Source: Abditibacterium sp.
GTDB lineage: Bacteria; Armatimonadota; Abditibacteriia; Abditibacteriales; Abditibacteriaceae
Length of the DNA: 64,000 nt
NCBI GenBank assembly: GCA_965246885.1
Contig: OZ251992.1
Coordinates: 2,272,001 to 2,336,000, forward strand
Reading direction: 5' to 3'
Shown here piece after piece: positions 1 to 9,296 of the stretch. The position numbers and the translations under genes are program-made. Each line of letters begins with the position of its first letter. Positions within the stretch are counted from its first letter, which is position 1. Below the pieces are notes generated by a model, which saw nothing but the letters and a program-made list of their open reading frames with translations, had not been told where the DNA came from and did no database searches.

Positions 1-143
1 CAACTGAACGGGGCCACTGGGGTTGGGCTGGGCCAGCAACGGAGCGGCGATACAGAGTATCGCCGCTCCCGCGAATGTGAGATGTTTCATAGAAGACACC
101 GTTAAGAGCGGGGCGCGCGCCGTTTGGTTGCGTCGGAAGAAGG

Positions 144-605
144 GTGCCCCTGCTTTTTGTTTCGACGCTACGCGACTTTCTGGCGCTGTTCGGCGTCCCG
201 CATCCGTCGCTGATCGAGTTCCACATGGCCTCGACGCACTTCCCCATCGGGCTGCTACTGGCGGCGGCGCTGTTCGACTTCGGCGCGCTCGTGTCGCGCA
301 AGACGGTGTGGCGCGATGTCGCCTTTTGGGTGCAGATGCTGGGCACGCTCGCCCTGCTCGTCACGCTCGCGGCGGGGTATTTCGGCAACCCGCATCATGG
401 CATGAACGAAGAAGCGCAAAAGGCGACGTGGCACCAGAACTTCGCGTTCGTCACGACGGGCCTGTTCCTCGCCTTGGCAACGTGGCGCATGGCGCGGCGC
501 GCGAAGATGGCACGCGCCGAGACGGGCTTCTACGCTCTCTTGACGCTCCTCGCCGTCGCGGTGATTTCGGTGACGGGCTGGATGGGGTCGCAAGTTGGCG
601 GATGA
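144..605 (+). CDS. DUF2231-like membrane protein
   Basis: THFPIGLL motif, four hydrophobic segments, W-H-Q in loop; GTG start. Confidence 0.7.
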   Translation: MPLLFVSTLRDFLALFGVPHPSLIEFHMASTHFPIGLLLAAALFDFGALVSRKTVWRDVAFWVQMLGTLALLVTLAAGYFGNPHHGMNEEAQKATWHQNFAFVTTGLFLALATWRMARRAKMARAETGFYALLTLLAVAVISVTGWMGSQVGG

Positions 606-613
606 AGCTAATT

Positions 614-1573
614 CTATTCCAGTGCGAAGCCGCCCGCCGCGCGCAGTTCTTCTTTGAGCGCGAGAACGGCCAAGTCCTTGGATTTGGCTTCGCACATCAC
701 GTCGAACTCGATGCCGCACGTTTGCCGGACGGCGCGGGCGAAGGGAATAAAGGTGGCGGCGTCTATCATGTCGGCGTGCTGGCGCGCGAGGGGAGCGGCC
801 TCGAAGTCCTTTTTCTTGCCGCTTTCTTTGTCCAAGCGCGACACGAGCCGGTTCTCGGTGCGGGGGCTGGAAAAGTGAATCTTCGGGCGTCCGTTGCCGC
901 CCCACGTCTCCAACACGGCGCAGCAGGCTTCTTCGTGGGTGAGGGTGCCGTCGTTAATGCAGGAGTGGTGCTGGTGATCAAAGATGAGGCGGATGCCAGT
1001 TTGAGCGTGGATGCGTAGCGTATCGGCGACGCCAAATGACACGTCGTCGTTTTCGAGGACGAGGCGGCGGCGCGCGACTTCGGGCAAGACGGTATTAAAG
1101 CGTTCGATGAAGCGGGCCGTCGAACCCTCGCGGTCGCCATACAAGCCGCCCACATGGGTGACGACGACGCCTTCCGGCCCGCAGCCCATCAAGTCGAGCA
1201 TGGTTGCGGCAGCGACAAATTCGCGGATGGAACCTTGGGTCAGCTTGTCGTTAGGCGAGTTGAGCAAGATGAACTGCGACGGGTGGAACGACAAGCGCAG
1301 GTTGAGGGCTTGGGCGCGCTTGCCCAAGGCGACCAACTCGTCGTGCGCTTCCTCTATTTGCGCGTGGAACTGCGGCATGTCGGGGTGCGTGAGGTAGGGC
1401 GCGAAGTCGGACGAGAAGCGGTACATCGAGATACCCGTCGCTTCAAGGTAGTCAAAGACGCCGTGCGCGTATTCGATGGAGAAACGCAGGTGCGGCGCGT
1501 TGGCGTGGCGCCGCGCGTCGTGGCTTTTGACGCCCTTTTGTCCCAGCACTTTAACAGCAAAACCCAAACGCAT
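614..1573 (-). CDS. uvsE: UV DNA damage endonuclease
   Basis: YRFSSD, RLSFHPSQF, THVGG, LVLENDD, FDHQHH, PKIHFSS, HAD and EAKSKD motifs. Confidence 0.92.
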   Translation of the reverse strand: MRLGFAVKVLGQKGVKSHDARRHANAPHLRFSIEYAHGVFDYLEATGISMYRFSSDFAPYLTHPDMPQFHAQIEEAHDELVALGKRAQALNLRLSFHPSQFILLNSPNDKLTQGSIREFVAAATMLDLMGCGPEGVVVTHVGGLYGDREGSTARFIERFNTVLPEVARRRLVLENDDVSFGVADTLRIHAQTGIRLIFDHQHHSCINDGTLTHEEACCAVLETWGGNGRPKIHFSSPRTENRLVSRLDKESGKKKDFEAAPLARQHADMIDAATFIPFARAVRQTCGIEFDVMCEAKSKDLAVLALKEELRAAGGFALE

Positions 1574-1576
1574 GAT

Positions 1577-2272
1577 TTACAAGAACTCCACTTCGCCGCT
1601 TCGCACGGGCGCTAAGCCATCGGCAGTTTGCATGAGCAAGGCGCCGTCATCCCCGATGCCGCTCACCAATCCCAGCGCGCCGCTCGCCCTCGCCAGTTCG
1701 CCGCGCCCGAACAAACGCGCTTCAACACGCTCGCGCTGTGCGGGCCAGTCAGGGGCGTTTAGCTCGCGCTCCAAGCTTTCTAAAACGGCTTCCAACAGAA
1801 GCGCGCGCTCGAAGGCGTGACCGGACAGTAAAAGCAAAGACGAGGCCGGAAACAGCGCGCGTTCGGGCAATTGCTCCTTCGTGTGATTGAGGTTCAGCCC
1901 CACACCCGTGACGGTGCGCTCGGCGTTGGCCTCGCACAAGATGCCGCCTATTTTATGGCCGCGCGCGAGGAGGTCGTTGGGCCACTTGATTTGGACAGTA
2001 AGGCCACTTTGCGCTTCGGTCGCTTCGGCAACGGCCAACCCGACGAGAAGCGACAGCCGCGCCTTCGTTTCGGGCGTGAGGCCCCGCAAGACGAGCGAGA
2101 AGTAGAGTCCGACACAGGGAGGCGAACTCCACTCGCGCCCCAAGCGCCCCCGTCCTGCCGTTTGCGCGTCGGCGACGACGAGGGCGCCATCGGGCGCATC
2201 GGCCCAGTTCAGGGCGTACGTATTAGTGGAATCTATCTCAGCGAAGTGACGGCGGGGGTGAGCGAGTTGCAT
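1577..2272 (-). CDS. birA: Biotin--[acetyl-CoA-carboxylase] ligase (no HTH domain)
   Basis: DSTN, QTAGRGRLGREW, IKWPND, KIGGIL motifs. Confidence 0.93.
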   Translation of the reverse strand: MQLAHPRRHFAEIDSTNTYALNWADAPDGALVVADAQTAGRGRLGREWSSPPCVGLYFSLVLRGLTPETKARLSLLVGLAVAEATEAQSGLTVQIKWPNDLLARGHKIGGILCEANAERTVTGVGLNLNHTKEQLPERALFPASSLLLLSGHAFERALLLEAVLESLERELNAPDWPAQRERVEARLFGRGELARASGALGLVSGIGDDGALLMQTADGLAPVRSGEVEFL

Positions 2273-2395
2273 CAGAGTTTCAAGTAAGTAAGGCGACCAT
2301 GCAAATACCCCGGCGGACGACTCAGGGGGTCAGGCGAATCGTTGGCGCGGCTATATCAACCGTTGGTGCGGGCCGTTGAACGACGCGGATGGCCA

Positions 2396-3256
2396 TTACA
2401 TCTCCACATCCAACCCGATATCCAAGTTGACGGCGCTGTGGGTGAGGGCGCCGACAGAAATTAAGTCCACGCCCGACTCGGCGATGGCACGGATGGTGGC
2501 CAAAGACACGCCGCCAGACGCTTCGCACAAGGCGCGGCCCGCGACGATCTCGACGGCTTGCCGCAGCATATCTGGCGCCATGTTGTCGAGCAAGATGATG
2601 TCGGCCCCGGCGCGCGCGGCGCGTCCGACTTGCCCCAAGTTGTCGCACTCGACCTCGATTTTGACCGTGTGCCCCGCGCGCGCCTTGGCCCGTTCGATCG
2701 CGCGCTCCGTCCCGCCGCACAACGCGATGTGGTTGTCCTTGATGAGGATCAGGTCATCGAGCGCGAAGCGGTGATTGCCGCCGCCGCCGCAACGAACGGC
2801 GTATTTCTCCACCAAGCGGAGAAGCGGCGTGGTTTTGCGGGTGTCGGCGAGGCGAGCGTTTGTCCCTTCGATTTCCGCCACGAAGCGCGCCGTGAGAGTG
2901 GCGATACCGCTCAAGCGTTGCACAAAGTTCAGCGCGACACGCTCGGCGGAGAGTAGCGCGCGCGCGCGGCACTCTACGCGCAAAACGCTCATCTGCGGCG
3001 AAGCAGGTTGCCCGTCGCGGCAAAGGAGTTCGACGTGTGCGCGCGCATCCAACATCTCGAAGGCAATGCGCGCCAGTTGCAAGCCACACACGAACCCTTC
3101 GGCGCGAAAGTTCATCGCCGCTCGCGCGGGCAGATGCGGTGGAATGAGCGCTTCGGTCGTCAGGTCGCCCGACCGCATATCCTCGCGTAGCGCGGCTTCC
3201 ACCAACGGCCAGATAAGGAACTCGTCCAAGGAAGGGGCGAAAGGTTCATTCATCAT
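2396..3256 (-). CDS. nadC: Nicotinate-nucleotide diphosphorylase (carboxylating)
   Basis: DTRKTTP, NHR, LIKDNH, IEVE, LLDNM, EASGG, ISVGALTHS. Confidence 0.96.
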   Translation of the reverse strand: MMNEPFAPSLDEFLIWPLVEAALREDMRSGDLTTEALIPPHLPARAAMNFRAEGFVCGLQLARIAFEMLDARAHVELLCRDGQPASPQMSVLRVECRARALLSAERVALNFVQRLSGIATLTARFVAEIEGTNARLADTRKTTPLLRLVEKYAVRCGGGGNHRFALDDLILIKDNHIALCGGTERAIERAKARAGHTVKIEVECDNLGQVGRAARAGADIILLDNMAPDMLRQAVEIVAGRALCEASGGVSLATIRAIAESGVDLISVGALTHSAVNLDIGLDVEM

Positions 3257-3797
3257 AGGGGGTCAAGTATCGCGGAGGAGCGTGGTCGCACAGCCACACG
3301 CCGTTATCGGACACCCAGAACTCGAAGCCGTCCTGACTCATTTGCGCCGCGTCCACCCGAAATACAAGCGGCCTGCCGTGCCGCGCACCAACTTTGCGCG
3401 CCGTTTCGATGTCGGTCGAAAGGTGGACGTGGTGGCGCCTGCCCTTTTCCAGACCAGTCGCCAAAATGGAAGCGCAGTTTTGCGCGCCCGTACCGTGCAG
3501 AAGCGTTGCGGGCGGGGGTGTCGCTTCGAGTTGCAGGTCTACCTCGACGCTGTGCCCTTGGTTGGCGCGGATGTATCGCCCATCCTCCGAAAAAGAAAAG
3601 CGTTGCTTGTCGTTGCCCTCCACGACTTCGTCCAATTGGTCGAACGACAAATCCATATTGTCGCGCCGCGCGGCTTTTAGCAAGTCAGCAACACGAACCC
3701 AGCCGCCTTCTTCCAATGTCAACCCGATTCGTTCGGGCGAGTGCCGCAAGTGTCTACTCAGCCACTTCGATTTTTTAACGAGGGATTCGTTTGTCAT
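3246..3797 (-). CDS. kptA: RNA 2'-phosphotransferase (Tpt1/KptA)
   Basis: LSRHLRH, NDKQRF, IRANQGHS, LHGT, RHHVHLS, NGVWL. Confidence 0.95.
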   Translation of the reverse strand: MTNESLVKKSKWLSRHLRHSPERIGLTLEEGGWVRVADLLKAARRDNMDLSFDQLDEVVEGNDKQRFSFSEDGRYIRANQGHSVEVDLQLEATPPPATLLHGTGAQNCASILATGLEKGRRHHVHLSTDIETARKVGARHGRPLVFRVDAAQMSQDGFEFWVSDNGVWLCDHAPPRYLTPYDE

Positions 3798-3824
3798 GCT
3801 CCCAGTATTGACCGCGCGGGCGCG

Positions 3825-4658
3825 TCACTTGGGCTGGCACGCGGGACAGAAGTGGAAGGAGCGCGCCGACTTGCTCGCTCCCAGCACGCCGCGCTCGACG
3901 GGGGTGCCGCAGGTGACGCAGGGGAGGCCCGTCCGCCCATACATTTGCGGGCGGAACTCGCCATAATTGCCTTGCGCATCTTGGTAGCCGCCGTCTTTGA
4001 GGGTGGCGCCGCGCCCTCGAATGGCCTCTTCGAGAATGGGGCGCAAGTGCCCCAACAGTTCGCGCAGTTGGCCGGGCGACAGCATGTTGGCGCGCGTTTC
4101 GGGATGGAGGCGCGCGCGAAAGCACGCTTCATCGGCGTAGATGTTGCCCAACCCAGCGATGAGCGACTGGTCTAAGATGGCGGCCTTAATCCTGGTGCTC
4201 TTGCGCGCCAACTTATCGGCGAGGGCCTCAATGGGGAAGTCGGAATCAAGCGGCTCTGGCCCCATCCGCTCCAAGAACGGCAGTTCGCGCGACACGCCCA
4301 ATTCGCCAAAGGTGCGCGGGTCGGTGAATATCCACTGCAGGCCGTTGTCCAACCGCCACGCGCCGTGCACGTGGCGCGGCAATTCGTCGGGCTTCCAAGG
4401 GGCGCCGCTTTCGACGTGCAAGCGGCCCGTCATGCCCAGATGAATAAGCAAGTTGTCGCCGTTTTCCAAGGGGAAGTAGATCTGCTTGCCGCGCCGCTTG
4501 GCGGCGACGATGCGCTGGCCGCGCGTGCGTTCGATGAACTCGGCGACCGAGGGGACAGTCAGGTGCGCGGTCTTGGCGAAGGAGTCGAGGATGGTGGCGC
4601 CCACGACGTGCGGGGCGATTTGCGAGCGGACGGTTTCGGCTTCGGGGAGTTCGGGCAT
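3825..4658 (-). CDS. mutM: Formamidopyrimidine-DNA glycosylase; start reassigned to ATG 4658
   Basis: N-terminal MPELPE, HLGMTG, DPRTFG, GLGNIYADE, C-terminal CxxC...CPACQ zinc finger. Confidence 0.95.
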   Translation of the reverse strand: MPELPEAETVRSQIAPHVVGATILDSFAKTAHLTVPSVAEFIERTRGQRIVAAKRRGKQIYFPLENGDNLLIHLGMTGRLHVESGAPWKPDELPRHVHGAWRLDNGLQWIFTDPRTFGELGVSRELPFLERMGPEPLDSDFPIEALADKLARKSTRIKAAILDQSLIAGLGNIYADEACFRARLHPETRANMLSPGQLRELLGHLRPILEEAIRGRGATLKDGGYQDAQGNYGEFRPQMYGRTGLPCVTCGTPVERGVLGASKSARSFHFCPACQPK

Positions 4659-4715
4659 AGAGATTGGAATCGCCCCGTGCCCGCCGCGTTCCTGATTTCC
4701 GGGTAAACAAGAAGC

Positions 4716-5492
4716 GTGGCCCCTGTCCTTTCCTCCCGCGCGCACCCGCTTCTCAAGTTGGGGCGCTCCTTGCACGACGCCAAAGGGCGGCGCGAACACG
4801 GGCTGTTTCTTCTTGAGGGCGCGAACGCCCTCGGTGCCGCGCTCGAACACGGCTGGGCGCTCCGCGAAGTGTTCGCGCTTGAAGGCGAAAGCGAATGGTC
4901 GGCCCGCGCCGTCAGCCGGGGTTTGGGCGTCCGCCGCGCGACGCGCGACTGGCTCGGCGCGATGTGCGAGGCACCGTCGCCGCCGCCCGTTGTCGCATGG
5001 GGCGAGATCCCTCCCGTCCAAGCGAGCGTTTCCTTCGGCGAGGGGCTAACGGTCGTGCTGGATGGCATCAGCGACCCCGGCAATGTCGGCACCATCTGGC
5101 GCGCGGCGCACGCTTTGGGCGCCTCTCGCCTCGTTTGCACGGGCGGCACGGCGGACGTGTGGAACCCCAAAGTCGTGCGCGGCGCGGCGGGCAGTTTGTT
5201 CGCGCTTCCGCCCACCACGCTGCACGACAACGCGCCGGAAACTGTCGCTGCCTTGTTGCGCGCTCAGGATGTCGCGGTCGTGCGCGCCGACGCACATGGC
5301 GGAACCTCGCTCACCGCGTTCAATTGGCCAGCGTACGCCGCCCTTGTTTTGGGCCACGAAACGCGCGGTGTGCATCCTGCGTTCAAGGGTGCGAGCGTGA
5401 CTATTCCCCTCCCCGGCCAAGCCGAATCGCTCAACGTCGCAATGGCCGCCACCATCTTCCTGTGGGGGTGGAGCCTTGCAGTGTCTCGCTAA
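4716..5492 (+). CDS. TrmH/SpoU family RNA methyltransferase
   Basis: DPGNVGTIWR, GHETRG, ESLNVAMA SPOUT motifs. Confidence 0.9.
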   Translation: MAPVLSSRAHPLLKLGRSLHDAKGRREHGLFLLEGANALGAALEHGWALREVFALEGESEWSARAVSRGLGVRRATRDWLGAMCEAPSPPPVVAWGEIPPVQASVSFGEGLTVVLDGISDPGNVGTIWRAAHALGASRLVCTGGTADVWNPKVVRGAAGSLFALPPTTLHDNAPETVAALLRAQDVAVVRADAHGGTSLTAFNWPAYAALVLGHETRGVHPAFKGASVTIPLPGQAESLNVAMAATIFLWGWSLAVSR

Positions 5493-6502
5493 CCCGCAAT
5501 CGGCCACACCGAGCGCGCCTCAAAGCCTAAGTCCTCAATGTTCCACGCCGGAGAACCATTCGCGCGCGCTTCGTAAAAGGCGGCAGCGGCGATCATCGCG
5601 GCGTTGTCGGTGCAAAGAACCGCGTCGGGCACCACGAACGGTAGGTCGCCCGCGACTTCCCGCAACTTCGCCCGTAGCGCCCCGTTCGCCGCGACGCCGC
5701 CGCACACGCCAAGCGTCTTGGGTTTATAAACCGCCAACGCGCGCCCCGTCTGGTGCGCCAGTTGCTTGATAGCCGCCGTTTGAAACGCCGATGCGACTTC
5801 CTCTGGCGAGTTGACGCCCTTCTTGAACCCCTGAGTCGCCGCCGTTTTCAGGCCGGAGAACGAGAAGTCGAAGCTCGGCTCCAAGTTGGCGGGCGAATAG
5901 CGCAACGCGGTTTTCGGAACAGTCGCTGCCGCTCGTTCCAAGTTCGGCCCGCCCGGAAGCGGTAGGCCAATAGCCCGCGCCACTTTGTCGAAGCCCTCGC
6001 CGACAGCGTCGTCGCGTGTCTTGCCCAGCCGCTCGAACCCGTCGAAGTCGCGCACCAGTATTAAATCGGAGTGCCCGCCCGACACCACCAAGCACAGCAT
6101 CGGTAACTCCAAGTCGGGCCGCGATAGAAACGTCGAGCAGATGTGCCCTTTGATGTGATTCACGCCGCGAACGGGCACCCGCGTCGCCACACTCAGCGCC
6201 TTGCCCGCCGCCACGCCCACGAGGAGGGCGCCCGATAACCCCGGCCCGCTTGTCACGCCGATTAGCCCCAACTCGCGCCAGTCGCGCAACCCCGTTTCCT
6301 CGCGCAGCAGGCGCAACATCGGCGTGATGGCTTCCAAGTGCTTGCGCGAGGCTATTTCCGGCACCACGCCGCCAAACAGTTGGTGCGCCTCGAACTGCGA
6401 AGCGATGAGGTTCGCCCGAATTTCCAAGCAGTTCCCGCCCGTGTGTTCGAGCAGCGCCACGCTCGTTTCGTCGCAACTCGTCTCGATTCCCAAGATTAAC
6501 AT
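5489..6502 (-). CDS. tsaD: tRNA N6-adenosine threonylcarbamoyltransferase
   Basis: ILGIETSCDET, GGVVPEIASRKH, HIKGH, SGGH, FSFSGLKT, CTDNAAMI. Confidence 0.96.
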   Translation of the reverse strand: MLILGIETSCDETSVALLEHTGGNCLEIRANLIASQFEAHQLFGGVVPEIASRKHLEAITPMLRLLREETGLRDWRELGLIGVTSGPGLSGALLVGVAAGKALSVATRVPVRGVNHIKGHICSTFLSRPDLELPMLCLVVSGGHSDLILVRDFDGFERLGKTRDDAVGEGFDKVARAIGLPLPGGPNLERAAATVPKTALRYSPANLEPSFDFSFSGLKTAATQGFKKGVNSPEEVASAFQTAAIKQLAHQTGRALAVYKPKTLGVCGGVAANGALRAKLREVAGDLPFVVPDAVLCTDNAAMIAAAAFYEARANGSPAWNIEDLGFEARSVWPIAG

Positions 6503-6526
6503 AAGAGGCAGTTTGCGCGGCGCCCC

Positions 6527-7663
6527 TCAAATCAGCGACGCGATGCGGTGCGGCACGAACTGCGAGGTGTTGGATGTGATTAGCCCTGCGTCCTCGCGGA
6601 TGCCCAAGCCGCAAGGCCAGCCGTTGATTAGCCACGCGCCGCATACTGGGCGGGCGCCGCCCATCTCCGGCAATTCGCGCAACTCCTGATAGATGAACGG
6701 GCCGGGATACGGGCCAGCTTGCGCGGCGATTTCGAGGCCGCCGCACACCAAGCGCGTGTTGGCCCCCTCACGCCCCCACAACGGCTTTTGCGCGAACGAA
6801 TCCCCCCAAGGCGCGAACGCAGCGCGCAGCAATAACGGATGATCGGGGAACAGTTCCCATACAACGGGCAGAATCGCCTTGCAACTCAGGACGGCCTTCC
6901 AAGGCGCCTCGAACCAGCGCGTTGGGGCATTGGGAATGTGCGCGCCAAAGTCGTCGCGCCACAGCCAATCCCAAGGGTAAAGCTTGAAAACTGCGCCGAT
7001 GGGCCGCTCTTGCATGTCGGTGAACACTCCGCGCCGCGCGTTCCAGCCGATGTTTTGGACGGCGATGTATTCGGTTTCGAGGCCCGCTTGATGCGCCGTG
7101 TCGCGCAGATAGTTGGCGGTCAGGAAGTCCTCGCCGCCATCGTCCAACGACGTGAAATAAACGCGCGTCGAGGCGGGGAGGTCGGCCTTCACCGCGCGCC
7201 ACGCTTCGATTAGACGCTCGTGGATGGAGTTGAACTGGTCGCCGCCGGGGAACTGCTCTTCGAGCCACTGCCATTGGGCGACAGAAGCCTCGATGAGCGA
7301 GGTCGGCGTGTCAGCGTTGTATTCGAGCAGCTTGATGTCGCGCCCATCGAACCACAAATCGAACCGCCCATACACCGTGCGCTCTTCGGCTTCCCACGAG
7401 CGTTCGATAAGCGGCCAGAACTCTGGGGGAATGTTGAACTCGCCCAACCGCCGCTTCGAGATGGCGTGTTCGACTGCGCTCAAGCACATCCGGTCGAGGT
7501 CGCCAACGGCCACTTCGAGCCGCTCGATTTCCGTAAGTGAGAACGCATAGCACGCGCCCTCATTCCACGAGTGCGAGCCGTTAGCGTTGAGCGCATACGT
7601 CAAACCACACGCGCGCAGACGCGCTTTCCAGTCGGGGCGCGGAGTGATAATTTCGCGTTTCAT
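6527..7663 (-). CDS. Glutathionylspermidine synthase-like ATP-grasp ligase (YgiC-like); start reassigned to 7663
   Basis: YGRFD, LLEYNADTPTSLIEA, QFNSIHE, FKLYPW, GREGAN, GIRED, FVPH. Confidence 0.9.
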   Translation of the reverse strand: MKREIITPRPDWKARLRACGLTYALNANGSHSWNEGACYAFSLTEIERLEVAVGDLDRMCLSAVEHAISKRRLGEFNIPPEFWPLIERSWEAEERTVYGRFDLWFDGRDIKLLEYNADTPTSLIEASVAQWQWLEEQFPGGDQFNSIHERLIEAWRAVKADLPASTRVYFTSLDDGGEDFLTANYLRDTAHQAGLETEYIAVQNIGWNARRGVFTDMQERPIGAVFKLYPWDWLWRDDFGAHIPNAPTRWFEAPWKAVLSCKAILPVVWELFPDHPLLLRAAFAPWGDSFAQKPLWGREGANTRLVCGGLEIAAQAGPYPGPFIYQELRELPEMGGARPVCGAWLINGWPCGLGIREDAGLITSNTSQFVPHRIASLI

Positions 7664-7847
7664 GGGTCGAAGTTTTAACCGCCAGCACCCGACTCGAAGG
7701 CGCGGGCGGTTTTGCCCAAGCCGCCTACCCGCGTTCCGACGCGCAGACGCGGCAGATTCTTCGCGGCAAGAAACGGCTTTTGGAAGAAGCGGAGTAGCAG
7801 TGCCACATCGGACGGCGGGAGAAGTTGCAGCGTCAAACGACCGCGCT

Positions 7848-8120
7848 TCACTCGCCGCCTCCGTGCCCGCCGCCACCAAACGAGTGGCCCGACTCGCCAA
7901 AGCCGCCGCGCGCCGACGACTCACCCACGCTCGAATAGCCCCCACCCCCGCCAAAATAGCCGGGGTGGTAACCGCTTGAAGTGCGACCGCCGGAGCCGCA
8001 ACCGTTGGCGCTTTGCGGGGGAGCGTTCGGGTCGCAGTTGCGGTTCGAGCAACCTGACAGCAGAAGCAAGGCGGGCGATAGCAAGACCAAAGAAAGGGCG
8101 CCGCGTTTCTTGGGAGACAT
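7848..8120 (-). CDS. Small Gly-rich lipoprotein, YgiB-like partner of the ATP-grasp gene
   Basis: MSPKKR plus hydrophobic stretch plus LSGC lipobox; SSARGGFGES tail; directly upstream of the YgiC-like gene. Confidence 0.7.
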   Translation of the reverse strand: MSPKKRGALSLVLLSPALLLLSGCSNRNCDPNAPPQSANGCGSGGRTSSGYHPGYFGGGGGYSSVGESSARGGFGESGHSFGGGGHGGGE

Positions 8121-8243
8121 GAGCCGCAGTATCCAAGGCGCGGCTGTGTCGTGCACACCTTGAAAGCAGCCATTGGGCAAAAGTGCCCAATGCGCGCACT
8201 CAGGTGTTTGGTCGCGCGACGCGTCCGTGCGAAAATGGAATGT

Positions 8244-8732
8244 ATGAAGCAGATTCCGCTTTTGGTTCGCTACCGCGCCCTGCTGTGCGCTTTTATCGTG
8301 GGCTTGGTGTTGTCGGGCGCGACGGCGTTTCCGCTTGTCGCCGAGTTGAAGTTACTGGCCGGGTGGCTCGTCGCTGCCCCTTGGCAATTCCCTGCGCTGA
8401 CCAGATGGATTGTCCACGTGCGCGACGCGTTGGTCGAGACGGATGCGCGCTTTCCGTTTCTGGCTTATGGGACGGACTGGCTGGCGTTCGCGCATTTGAT
8501 GATTGCCGTCGCGTTCGTCGGGCCGCTCCGCGACCCGGTTCGCAATCGCTGGATATTGGAATGGGCGATGCTTTGTTGCGTGGGCGTGCTTCCGTTGGCG
8601 TTCATCATGGGGCCGATACGCGGCATCCCACTTGGCTGGACGCTCGTGGACTGCGCGTTTGGCGTTGTAGGGTTCCCGCCGCTTCTGCTGTGCTGGCGGT
8701 GGTCGAAACAGTTGGAAAGCGGGGCGGCTTAA
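8244..8732 (+). CDS. Hypothetical membrane protein
   Basis: Several TM segments; FLAYGTDWLAFAH and GPLRDPVRNRW conserved-looking motifs. Confidence 0.7.
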   Translation: MKQIPLLVRYRALLCAFIVGLVLSGATAFPLVAELKLLAGWLVAAPWQFPALTRWIVHVRDALVETDARFPFLAYGTDWLAFAHLMIAVAFVGPLRDPVRNRWILEWAMLCCVGVLPLAFIMGPIRGIPLGWTLVDCAFGVVGFPPLLLCWRWSKQLESGAA

Positions 8733-8741
8733 AATGGAGGG

Positions 8742-9113
8742 GTGGACAAAATCTTACTGGGCGGCTTGCAGTTCTTCGGACGGCACGGCTGCCACCCCGC
8801 CGAGGGCGAACTGGGCCAGATGTTTGTCGTTGACATCGAACTCGACTGCGATTTGCAACTGGCCGCCAACTCCGACGACTTGAACGATACGGTGAACTAC
8901 GTCGAAATCTACGCGCACGCCAAAGCCGTTATCGAAGGGCCACCCGCCGCGCTATTGGAACATTTGGCCGCGCAAATCGGCGACTTCGCGCTGCGCGACC
9001 CGCGCGTGCACACCGCCCGCGTGCGCATCAAAAAGCCGCACGTCGCGGTGGGCGGGGTGTTGGACTATTTGGGCGTGGAAATCGAGCGGCGAGCTATTTT
9101 GCCCAGCGACTAA
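8742..9113 (+). CDS. folB: Dihydroneopterin aldolase
   Basis: FFGRHGC-E-GQ-F, SDDLNDTVNY, LLEHLA, KKPH. Confidence 0.93.
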   Translation: MDKILLGGLQFFGRHGCHPAEGELGQMFVVDIELDCDLQLAANSDDLNDTVNYVEIYAHAKAVIEGPPAALLEHLAAQIGDFALRDPRVHTARVRIKKPHVAVGGVLDYLGVEIERRAILPSD

Positions 9114-9213
9114 AGTCGCGGGCAACCCATAGCAAAGCCTCCCTACGGAGGCTGCACTTCCAGTCGGCGTAGGCCGACTTCGCTGTATGTTGCCCGCGAC
9201 TTTAGTCGCTGGG
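9102..9213. repeat. REP-like branched palindrome (GCGACTRAAGTCGC family)
   Basis: 25-bp perfect inverted repeat 9102-9126 / 9189-9213 enclosing two small hairpins (agcctcc..ggaggct, agtcggc..gccgact). Confidence 0.85.
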
Positions 9214-9296
9214 ACAAAGAGGCAAAAAGGACTTAACTCGCCACCATTCCCACATAATCGGGGCTAAAATGCCTCCTCGCTCGTCAACGGGGGACT

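Noticed and set aside
6527..7663. YgiC-like ATP-grasp as the missing ligase of the Anbu module
   Set aside because: It is 20 kb away and has its own YgiB-like partner; nothing in the sequence links them.
3825..8173. Long N-terminal extensions given by the ORF track for mutM and the ATP-grasp gene (also 21996, 24391, 27928, 60014, 61665)
   Set aside because: They overlap neighbouring genes, and family motifs begin at the downstream starts used here.
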